A stretch of DNA of 64,000 bases from Chthoniobacterales bacterium (GTDB taxonomy: Bacteria > Verrucomicrobiota > Verrucomicrobiia > Chthoniobacterales > Chthoniobacteraceae): NCBI GenBank assembly GCA_038207335.1, contig JBBQZX010000001.1, positions 288,001 through 352,000 of the forward strand, given 5' to 3'. This document shows, piece after piece, positions 18,560 to 26,399 of this stretch. Each line of letters begins with the position of its first letter. The first letter of the stretch is position 1. The notes under the pieces are model-generated. The model had not been told where the DNA came from. It did no database searches and saw nothing but the letters and a program-made list of their open reading frames with translations. Both the position numbers and the translations under genes were made by a program.

Positions 18560-20484
18560 CCGACCGGCTCGCCTTCTGGCTCTTCCGCCTCGTCTCCTTC
18601 ATCGCGAAACTCCTCCCCATCGAGGCCATCTTCCGCGTGGGGTGGGCGCTCGGCTGGCTGGGATACTACATCGCCGGGCCGTATCGCCGCCTCGTCCTGC
18701 ACAATCTCGCGATCGCCTTCGCTCCTGAAAAGTCCCCCCGCGAGCTGCGCAAAATCGCCCGCGACCACTTCGCGTCGCTCTGCGCGAACCTCCTCTCCAG
18801 CATCAAGCTCCCCATGCTCTCCCGCGCCGAGATCGAGGCACGGGTAAAGGTCGAAGGCATCGAAACCATCGACGCCGGCATCATCGCGAACGGCGGCTTC
18901 GTCATGGTCATCAGCCACCTCGGCAATTGGGAGATGTTCGCCCAGCTCTCCCCGATCATCTTCAAATGCAACGTCGGCACCATCTACCAGCGCCTCGGCA
19001 ATGCCTTCCTCGACGCCGAAGTCCGCCGCGACCGCGCGCGCCTCGGACTCTCCCTTTTCGAGCGAAAAGAAGGCTTCACCGCCGCCGCGAAATTCATGCG
19101 CGAAGGCGGCGCGTGCGGCGTCCTCGTCGATCAACATGCGGGCGACGCCGGACTCTGGAGCCCCTTCTTCAACCGCCTCGCATCCACCTCCACCCTCGCC
19201 GCCACCCTCGCCCTTCGCACCGGAGCGTGGCTCGTCCCCGCCGCCGTCTATACCGACGGAGTCGCACGCTGGCGCTGCGTCTTCCTCGGCCAGATGAAAC
19301 CCCACGGGCACACCGCCGAGGCCATCACCGCCCGCATCAACGAATTCCTCGAAGCCCAAATCCGCCGCCAGCCCGCCGACTGGTTCTGGGTCCACAACCG
19401 CTGGAAGACCCCCAAGCCCAAATTCCTCCTCGCCACCTACAAACGCGGCATCCTCATCCCCACCGGCTTCGGCCCTGAGCGCACCCTCCAGCCCTTCAAA
19501 ATCCTCATCCGCGCCAGCAACTGGCTCGGCGACGCCGTCATGAGCGTCCCCGCAGTTCGCGCCATCAAAGCCGGACGCCCCGACGCCCACGTCACCCTCC
19601 TGACCCCCGCCAAGCTCGCCGAATTCTGGCGCTCCGTGCCAGGGGTCGATGCGATCATCCCCATTGAGCGGGGCGAAAATCTCATCTCCGTGGCGAGGAA
19701 AATCCGGGGTCAATTCGAAGCCGCCATTGTCTTCCCCAACTCCCTCCGCACCGCCCTCGAGCCCTGGCTCGCCGGCATCCCCCGCCGCGTCGGCTACCCC
19801 GGCCACCGCCGCGCCTACCTCCTCGACCAAATCCTCCGTCCCAAAAAAACCAAAAAGCTCCAGCCCCCCCGCCACCAAGTCCACCACTACCTCGCCCTCG
19901 CGAAATTCGTCGGCGCCGAACTCCCCTCAATCCCCGCGACGCCCGACGCCTGCTGCCTCGACTCCAACCTTTCTCTGCGAGCCCCTATCCTCGGCCTCTG
20001 CCCCGGCGCCGAATACGGCCCGGCCAAGCGCTGGCTCCCCGAGCGCTTCGCCGAAGTCCTCCGCACCCTCCACGAGCGCACCGGGTGCGAGTGGAAAATC
20101 TTCGGAGTCGAAAAAGACCGGCCCAACGCCGAGCACATCGTCGGCCTTTCCCAGACCCCCTGCACCGACCTCGTCGGCCGCACCACCCTTGCCGAGCTCA
20201 TCGCCCACCTGCGCACCTGCGACCTCCTCCTCACGAACGACACCGGCACCATGCACCTCGCCGCGCACCTCGGCATCCCCGTCGTCGCCCTCTTTGGCAG
20301 CACCGAGCCCGCCCTCACCGGCCCCCTCGGCCCCCCGGGGCGGCACAAAATTCTCCGACACCACGTCGCGTGCTCCCCCTGCTTCCTCCGCGAATGCCCC
20401 ATCGACTTCCGCTGCATGAAAGCCATCACCTCCGAAGAAGTCACCGCCGCCATCGAGACCGCCCTCGCCCCCCAGGGCCCCTGA
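18556..20484 (+). CDS. waaF: Fusion of lipid A late acyltransferase (LpxL/HtrB-like) and LPS heptosyltransferase II (GT9)
   Basis: ATG at 18556 overlaps the oppA stop. N-half has SHLGNWE, LVDQ, WFWVHNRWK; C-half has NWLGDAVM, PGAEYGPAKRW, TNDTGTMHLAA, FGST. Confidence 0.9.
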   Translation: MTDRLAFWLFRLVSFIAKLLPIEAIFRVGWALGWLGYYIAGPYRRLVLHNLAIAFAPEKSPRELRKIARDHFASLCANLLSSIKLPMLSRAEIEARVKVEGIETIDAGIIANGGFVMVISHLGNWEMFAQLSPIIFKCNVGTIYQRLGNAFLDAEVRRDRARLGLSLFERKEGFTAAAKFMREGGACGVLVDQHAGDAGLWSPFFNRLASTSTLAATLALRTGAWLVPAAVYTDGVARWRCVFLGQMKPHGHTAEAITARINEFLEAQIRRQPADWFWVHNRWKTPKPKFLLATYKRGILIPTGFGPERTLQPFKILIRASNWLGDAVMSVPAVRAIKAGRPDAHVTLLTPAKLAEFWRSVPGVDAIIPIERGENLISVARKIRGQFEAAIVFPNSLRTALEPWLAGIPRRVGYPGHRRAYLLDQILRPKKTKKLQPPRHQVHHYLALAKFVGAELPSIPATPDACCLDSNLSLRAPILGLCPGAEYGPAKRWLPERFAEVLRTLHERTGCEWKIFGVEKDRPNAEHIVGLSQTPCTDLVGRTTLAELIAHLRTCDLLLTNDTGTMHLAAHLGIPVVALFGSTEPALTGPLGPPGRHKILRHHVACSPCFLRECPIDFRCMKAITSEEVTAAIETALAPQGP

Positions 20485-20594
20485 TCGGGTTTTTGGAAAG
20501 TCGGCGGGTCGGGCAATCGGTGCGGGGTTACTCTGGAGTGAGCAAAAAGCGACAGCGGAGAATTTTGAGGGCTCAGAGGAGGTGTGAAATCCTA

Positions 20595-20760
20595 TCCATA
20601 TTTTTCCTAATGGCATTTCCGGTCGCCGGAGTGCCATTCGGTTTTATCCGAACGAAGTTTCCGGCAGCCGGAAAGGAACTTGGTTTTTTCCGAATGAGGT
20701 TTCCGATGACCGGAAAAGGCGTTCGGTTTTTTTTGGGGTGAGGTTCCGGGACTCCGGAAT
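20595..20760. repeat. Degenerate tandem array, 42-bp period (two alternating 21-bp subunits), about 4 copies
   Basis: Palindromes TTTCCG(G)-n-(C)CGGAAA at 20616, 20658, 20700 and ~20743, interleaved with TTCGGTTTTWTCCGAA-like units at 20637, 20679 and ~20722. Confidence 0.85.
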
Positions 20761-20808
20761 GGGGAGCACGAAAATGGGGGAGTTTTCGCCCTGAACCGCG
20801 GCCCGTTC

Positions 20809-23800
20809 CTACGGGGCGGTGATGCGGAGGCGGTCGAATTGGGCGGGGGCGCCGTTCGCGGGGATGGAGGCGCGCCAGAGTTCGGTGATGGTGCCGTCGC
20901 CGTTGAAGGTGCTGGCGGCGAGGGTGCCGTTTTCGCCCCATGCGGTGAGGGTGGTGGCGAACTCGACGTGGTAGCTGATGTCCTCGGCGCCGATTTGGCG
21001 GCGGAAGGTGAGGGTGAGGTAGTCGGCGGTCTGGCCTCCGCCGATGTCGAAGGCGGTGAGGGCGGTGACGGGGCCGCCGGTGCGGTCGGCGGTGCGGGGG
21101 TCGGTGCCGAGGGCGTATTCGACGCGGTTGGAGATGCCGTCGGAGTCGTCGTCGGCGTCGGGGCCGCCGGTGACGCTGTGGGCGGTGGCCCAGGAGGAGA
21201 AGGTGAAGCGGTCGTCGCCGCCGGGGCTACCGCCTGCGACGCGGCTGGCGCGCCAGTTTTCGCCGAGGGCGGGATTGGGGAGGGTCTCGGGGGCGATGAG
21301 GACGAGGGAGTAGCCGAGTCCGTCGGGCTGCGTGGGCCAGGGGGCGATGTTTTTGTAGGAAAAATCGATGATGGGGGTGCCGGCGCCGAAGCTGAGTTTG
21401 ATTTCTTCGCCGGTGTCTTTGAGGGAGTCGCCGGCCTGCCACTGGCCGGCGATGGGTTTGCCGGTGCCGTATCGGGAGTTGAAGGCGGCGATATTCCGCA
21501 CGACGAGGGTGGTGGCGCCGGGCTGAAGGAGGATGTTGCCGGGATAGGCGGGGAAGTCGAAATCGACGCCTTTGGTGAGACGCACGTCGCTGAGGTCGAT
21601 GGCTGCCGGGCCGACGTTGCGGATTTCCAGATACTCGAAGTCGTCCTCGACCCAGCCGGCGGAGGCTTCGGCCGTGGTGGGGGGTGTGGGGTGATACATG
21701 ATCTCGCTGATGACGAGGCTGGAGGTGTAGGGGTAGAGGTCGGCGGCGGCGGCGGTGAACTCGGCTGGGGCACTCCAATGGCTCCAGTGGCCGGTGCTGT
21801 CCTGCTGGCGGACTCGGGCGCGGTAGCGCTGGCCGGGGACGCAGGCGGAGGCGGGGAAGTGGAAGGTGGTACCGTTGTTGGCGACGGGGCCGGTGTCAAA
21901 GGCGGCGTGGATCTCGAGGAGGCGCTTGGTGCCGGGGATGTAGTTGGCGGTGGTATTGACCTCGGCGATGCGCCACTGGACCGCGCCAAAGGTGGCGGCG
22001 CCCTGCGGGTCGGCGAAGGCGCTTTTGGAGAAATCGAGCGCGCTGACGGGGTGGGTGCCGGGGCCGGTGAAGGTGAGGGTGGGGGTGGCAGGGATGGCGG
22101 CGGACTCGCCATTTTCGGCCTGCCGGAAGTCGAGGTAGGCGGCGCGGCCTCCGGTTGAGACGTCGCCGCCGGGCCAGGTGCTGCCGTTGTTGTCGGCATC
22201 GAAGGCGAAGTCCTTCATGCCGGCGACGTAGGCTGCGAGGGAGGTGGTGCCGACGCTGCTGCTCTGGCCGAAGCCTGCGAGCCCGGCGAAATTCCCGGCG
22301 TCGGCGGGCGCGCCATACCAGCGGGCGAAGTCGGCATTGACGAAGGGCTGGATGACGGCGGCGAGCTGGTCGATGAGGGGATTGATCTGCTCGGGCTGCC
22401 ACAGGAGGTCGCGGATTTCGCGGACCTGGGCGTAGTAGCGGGGGTAGAGATTGGGGTGGGTGCCGTTGTCGCCGCCGCGGCTGCCGGAACTGTCGATGGT
22501 GTCGTCGAAGATGGAGTTGTGGACGATGTCGCGGCCGTTATTCCAAGTGGGGCCCCATGTGGCGTCCACGTCGTTCGGGAAATACCAGAGGACGCCCTTG
22601 CTGTTGTTGGCGGCGTTGTAGTCGGGGTAAAAGTAGTAAGCCGCGTTGTTGTCGCCGCTCGGCCAGTAGTCGTAGTGCCGAATGGCCTCCGCAAAAGCGT
22701 GGTAGCGGGACCAGAGGTCCACATTCACCCGCCCGGTGATAAACGCCTCGGTGCTGTAGCCGTTCAGGGTGTTCTTGATGTCGTCGTGGTCGCTGCCATT
22801 GGTAGGAGCGCCCGCCGCCTGATAACGCTGCTGACTGACGCCGACAGCGGTGTCTTTGGTCAGCTTGTAGAGGTTGCCTTTCGGCAGGTTGTGCGAGTCG
22901 AGAAAGCGGCCGTCGTAATCTTCATGCACGAACATGAGGCCCCAGAAGTCGCCGTGCCATTGGTCGGGCTGCTCGGCGGACTGCTTGACGGTGCGGAAGT
23001 GGGCGAAGTTGGCAAACGGGGCGGGGACGCCGAGCTGGTTCCAAACATAGAAGTTGAGGGCTTCGTTCAGGGAGAAGGTGTAGGTTCCGCGGTTCTCCCA
23101 GAGGTTCTCGGTGATCATGGTTTTCCATGTCGTCGGGTAGTTGATGCCGTCGTTGTCCCTGGCTTGGAGATAGGCGCCTTTATTAAAGATGAACTTGAAG
23201 GCGCGTTTGCTGGTGGCGGCAGCACCAGGGCTCCCGCTCGCGCTGTATCGGCCATTAGCACCGTGGAGGCGGTATTGGATATGATCGTGGACTACTCCCT
23301 CATAGACGAACGCGGCCTCCCAGTTCTCGAATGTCCAACTGACGGTGGCAGGGGTGAGCTGGTCGGCGGCACTAAAGGCGACGCATTGATCCCAATCGCC
23401 GGAGCGGGTGAGGAAGTGGTAAGTCGGGAGGGAGGTGAGGGTGGAGGAGGGGGTGCCTTGGTAGTCGGGGACGCCGTCATAGACGTAGGCGGCGAAGTTC
23501 AGCGAGGGGTCGTCGGCGTAGGGGACGCGGACGCTGGCACCGGGGTTGTCGGTGACGACGATGCGGTATCGGATGAGCGTGCGTTTGGCTTGGATGGGGA
23601 TCGTCGCGGTGTAGATGCTGTCGCCGCCCTGCGCGTCGGCTCCGATGCCGTCGTCGTTCATGGGAATCGTGACCCAATTTGCCGGATCCTCGAAGGCGGG
23701 GTTGGCGGCGAGCGGGGCATTGACGTTCACGAACTGTCCGCCGGAGATGGCCTTGGGAAGTGTGCTCGGGATGAAGCTGCCCGGCGCTACGATCTGATAT

Positions 23801-26046
23801 TTCAGCACGACGGTTGCGACGCCGTCGGGGTCGGTCACTTTCGCTGTGACGACGATCGCGTCGCCGCTGGTGGGCTGCGCGGGAGAAAGGGCGACCTGCC
23901 GGGTGGCTGGCGGGGCGTTCGTGGAAAACTGGAGGTTCTGCGCGCCGGGCGAAACGACGTCCGCGCCGGTGACGGGGAAGGCGGATGCACGCCAGTTCCC
24001 GCCGATGGTTTCGTCGAGCTGGGGATTGATGAGCTCGATGGAGGCGCCGTCGCCGTCGGCGGCGCTCGGCCAGGGGAAGTTGGGCTTGTAATCGACTTGG
24101 CTGATGACGGCGTCGGCGGCATTGCGGAGGCGGACATTTTCGCCGCTGCTGGAAAGACTGCCGATCCACGGACCGAGTGCCACTTTTCCATAAAGAGTCT
24201 GGATGGTGGAGGGTGACTGCGCGATGAGGAGATACGCACCGGGAGCGAGGGTGGTGCCGGAGGGGAAGTTGAAATCGACGGCGCTGGAGAGGCGCCAGCC
24301 GGTCATGTTGACCGTGGTCGTTCCGGCGTTGTAGAGCTCGATGAATTCGTTGAGGGAGGCGTTGTTGCCGCCGTTGTAGTGGATTTCGTTGATGACGATG
24401 CCGCGGGCGCTCGCCGCGCAGCTCAGGGTGAGACTTTGCTCAAAAAAGAGGCCGCCCGAGTCGGTGGAACGCAGCCGGATGGCGAAGGTCTGGCCCGCGA
24501 GAGCGGCGAAGGATTGCGCGGCACGGAGCTGGTGGCCGATGATGGAGAAGCGCGCGTTGTCGGTGGAGCCGGTGCCGGCGACGAGAGTGAAGGTGTGGGC
24601 GTCGTTGACGTTGGCGTCAGTGCTGAGGATGTTCGCGATGAAGGCGCCGGTCGTGGCGGCGGTGAAGACGACGGTGTTGTCGAGGGCGATGCCGGTCGGG
24701 GCGGCGGCGGGAGGGTTCAGGATGACGGAGACCTTGGCTGGCGCGGAGTTATATTTGCCGTCGCTCACCTTGAACGTGAACGAATCCGCCCCGATGGTGC
24801 CTGCCGCCGGGGTGTAGGTGGCGACGTTTCCGGCGAGGCTGACGGTGCCTTTCGCCGGGGACGTGACAATGGAGTAGGTGAGTGCGCCGCCATTCGGGTC
24901 GGTGGCGACGAGGGTGATTGTGCGGGCCGCGGGTTGGTTGACGAAGATGCCGCCCTGCGCGCTGGCGATCGGGATGCCAGGGTCGGCGGTGACGGAAAGC
25001 GTTTTGCTGTCTGTGAGTCCTCCGCCGCCAACTTCGGTGGCGGTGAGGGTGTAGGCGAAAGTCTGCGCGGCGCCCGCGAGATCGGGGATGGAGGTGGTGA
25101 AAGTTCCGGTGGCGTTGGAGCCGGAGTAGATGGTGGTCGCGCCGCGCTTGAGGACGACCGAGAGGGTGCCGGTGATGGGCGCGGTGTTGATGGTCCAGCC
25201 GAATTGGACGTTGTCGCCCTCGTAGGCCGTGACTTTATCCTGCGTGAACGAGGTGACCAGCGGAGGCGCGCTAAAGGCGGCCTTGAGCGAATTGCTGAGG
25301 GCGACGCCGTCTTCCACGGTGTCGTACATTTGCAGGTCGGCGACTAGGCCTGGGAAGGGATTGCCGCCGGTGCCGGTCATCGCGCCGAGACCGAAGGCGG
25401 AGGAGTTCCGGGCGGCGTTGGAGGGGACGTTCGTCGGCGTGCCGACCTGCGTGCCATCGACGAATAGCGTGAGCTTTCCGGTCGTGCCGTCATACGTCAG
25501 CACCGCGGCGTGAATGGCGTTCAGTGTCTGCGAGGCCGAGGTGATCGTGTAGTCGCTGTTGCCGGAAAATCCCGCGCCGCCAATCGCCGCCGAGCCGCTG
25601 CTCCAGCCGAGGCCAAAGTCATTCGTGACCCCGCCCTGCTCTCCGCCGACAAGGCCACTCCCGTTATACCAATTCCCCGCACCCGCGCCCGCGCTCGTCG
25701 CCTTGAAGACCGCCGCGACCGTAAAGGACGTCTTCCCCGCGATCGGATTCGAGCCTGCCGCCACGATGAAATATCGCCCACCGGAAAAGTTGATCCCCTT
25801 GTGCGAGCCGAACGCATTCGCCACGACGACAGGCGCGTTCACGGGCGACGCCGAGATGGTCGCGCCGGAGGTGCTCACCCAGTTCCCGCTCGTGTAATTG
25901 TCCGCGACCCAGTCCGCCACTTTGGCCGCGTGCGCCTGTCCACAGAGGAAACCGATCAGCCAGGCGAGCAGCAGAATGCTCCTCACCCGCGACGCAGCAT
26001 TCGGACGGATTTCGTAAGATCGAAGGAGTGGCTTATTCGTGAACAT
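20809..26046 (-). CDS. Large secreted multidomain protein: LamG-like, Ig/cadherin-like, lamin-tail domains and CotH-like kinase; start uncertain
   Basis: Signal ending GQAHA; LamG-like (HAAVLTYDG...LTLFVDG...DLQMYD); cadherin-like repeats; two LTDs (IVINEIHYN..EFIELYN; VISEIMYHP..EYLEIRN); CotH-like core (GNLYK, IRHYD, WYFPNDVDATWG); DxDxDG..NxxEYALGTDP. Confidence 0.85.
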   Translation of the reverse strand: MFTNKPLLRSYEIRPNAASRVRSILLLAWLIGFLCGQAHAAKVADWVADNYTSGNWVSTSGATISASPVNAPVVVANAFGSHKGINFSGGRYFIVAAGSNPIAGKTSFTVAAVFKATSAGAGAGNWYNGSGLVGGEQGGVTNDFGLGWSSGSAAIGGAGFSGNSDYTITSASQTLNAIHAAVLTYDGTTGKLTLFVDGTQVGTPTNVPSNAARNSSAFGLGAMTGTGGNPFPGLVADLQMYDTVEDGVALSNSLKAAFSAPPLVTSFTQDKVTAYEGDNVQFGWTINTAPITGTLSVVLKRGATTIYSGSNATGTFTTSIPDLAGAAQTFAYTLTATEVGGGGLTDSKTLSVTADPGIPIASAQGGIFVNQPAARTITLVATDPNGGALTYSIVTSPAKGTVSLAGNVATYTPAAGTIGADSFTFKVSDGKYNSAPAKVSVILNPPAAAPTGIALDNTVVFTAATTGAFIANILSTDANVNDAHTFTLVAGTGSTDNARFSIIGHQLRAAQSFAALAGQTFAIRLRSTDSGGLFFEQSLTLSCAASARGIVINEIHYNGGNNASLNEFIELYNAGTTTVNMTGWRLSSAVDFNFPSGTTLAPGAYLLIAQSPSTIQTLYGKVALGPWIGSLSSSGENVRLRNAADAVISQVDYKPNFPWPSAADGDGASIELINPQLDETIGGNWRASAFPVTGADVVSPGAQNLQFSTNAPPATRQVALSPAQPTSGDAIVVTAKVTDPDGVATVVLKYQIVAPGSFIPSTLPKAISGGQFVNVNAPLAANPAFEDPANWVTIPMNDDGIGADAQGGDSIYTATIPIQAKRTLIRYRIVVTDNPGASVRVPYADDPSLNFAAYVYDGVPDYQGTPSSTLTSLPTYHFLTRSGDWDQCVAFSAADQLTPATVSWTFENWEAAFVYEGVVHDHIQYRLHGANGRYSASGSPGAAATSKRAFKFIFNKGAYLQARDNDGINYPTTWKTMITENLWENRGTYTFSLNEALNFYVWNQLGVPAPFANFAHFRTVKQSAEQPDQWHGDFWGLMFVHEDYDGRFLDSHNLPKGNLYKLTKDTAVGVSQQRYQAAGAPTNGSDHDDIKNTLNGYSTEAFITGRVNVDLWSRYHAFAEAIRHYDYWPSGDNNAAYYFYPDYNAANNSKGVLWYFPNDVDATWGPTWNNGRDIVHNSIFDDTIDSSGSRGGDNGTHPNLYPRYYAQVREIRDLLWQPEQINPLIDQLAAVIQPFVNADFARWYGAPADAGNFAGLAGFGQSSSVGTTSLAAYVAGMKDFAFDADNNGSTWPGGDVSTGGRAAYLDFRQAENGESAAIPATPTLTFTGPGTHPVSALDFSKSAFADPQGAATFGAVQWRIAEVNTTANYIPGTKRLLEIHAAFDTGPVANNGTTFHFPASACVPGQRYRARVRQQDSTGHWSHWSAPAEFTAAAADLYPYTSSLVISEIMYHPTPPTTAEASAGWVEDDFEYLEIRNVGPAAIDLSDVRLTKGVDFDFPAYPGNILLQPGATTLVVRNIAAFNSRYGTGKPIAGQWQAGDSLKDTGEEIKLSFGAGTPIIDFSYKNIAPWPTQPDGLGYSLVLIAPETLPNPALGENWRASRVAGGSPGGDDRFTFSSWATAHSVTGGPDADDDSDGISNRVEYALGTDPRTADRTGGPVTALTAFDIGGGQTADYLTLTFRRQIGAEDISYHVEFATTLTAWGENGTLAASTFNGDGTITELWRASIPANGAPAQFDRLRITAP

Positions 26047-26093
26047 CGGCGAGGGGAACCTGTAAGCGTCCGCGATGCTGCCGCGCATTCAAG

Positions 26094-26282
26094 GAGTTTC
26101 CGGGTCAAACTTTAGAGTTTCCCGGTCACTGGCCCTCTGTAATCGAATGTCGCAGACGCGTTACACTCGAGGGAATTTATCGTCTCTCGCATCCGAATCG
26201 ACCGCCTTGACGTGCACTCAGCCTTGCTCTCAAAAATAACTTTATAGGAGGTTCCCGGTCAGGTTTTGGAGAAATCCGGTCA
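26094..26282 (+). promoter_or_regulatory. Two pairs of 14-bp direct repeats with 21-bp spacing in a divergent promoter; putative transcription-factor sites
   Basis: GAGTTTCCGGGTCA (26094), GAGTTTCCCGGTCA (26115), GAGGTTCCCGGTCA (26248), GAGAAATCCGGTCA (26269). Confidence 0.65.
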
Positions 26283-26399
26283 CGCTACAGAGTAAGCCGG
26301 ATCCACGACCACTTTTCCCGTAAGGTCGCGATTTACATTCCGTGGCATCGCCAGTTCATTCCGCTGCCCTCTCCCGCCGCCCACAACCCACTCAGTCTT

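Noticed and set aside
22456..24216. Long antisense or alternate-frame ORFs (e.g. 22456-24216+, 16901-18529-, 35750-37105+, 53228-55045-, 57906-59699+, 62593-63978-)
   Set aside because: Shadows of real genes caused by high GC and extreme third-position bias; low-complexity G/E/V- or P/R/H-rich translations with no motifs.
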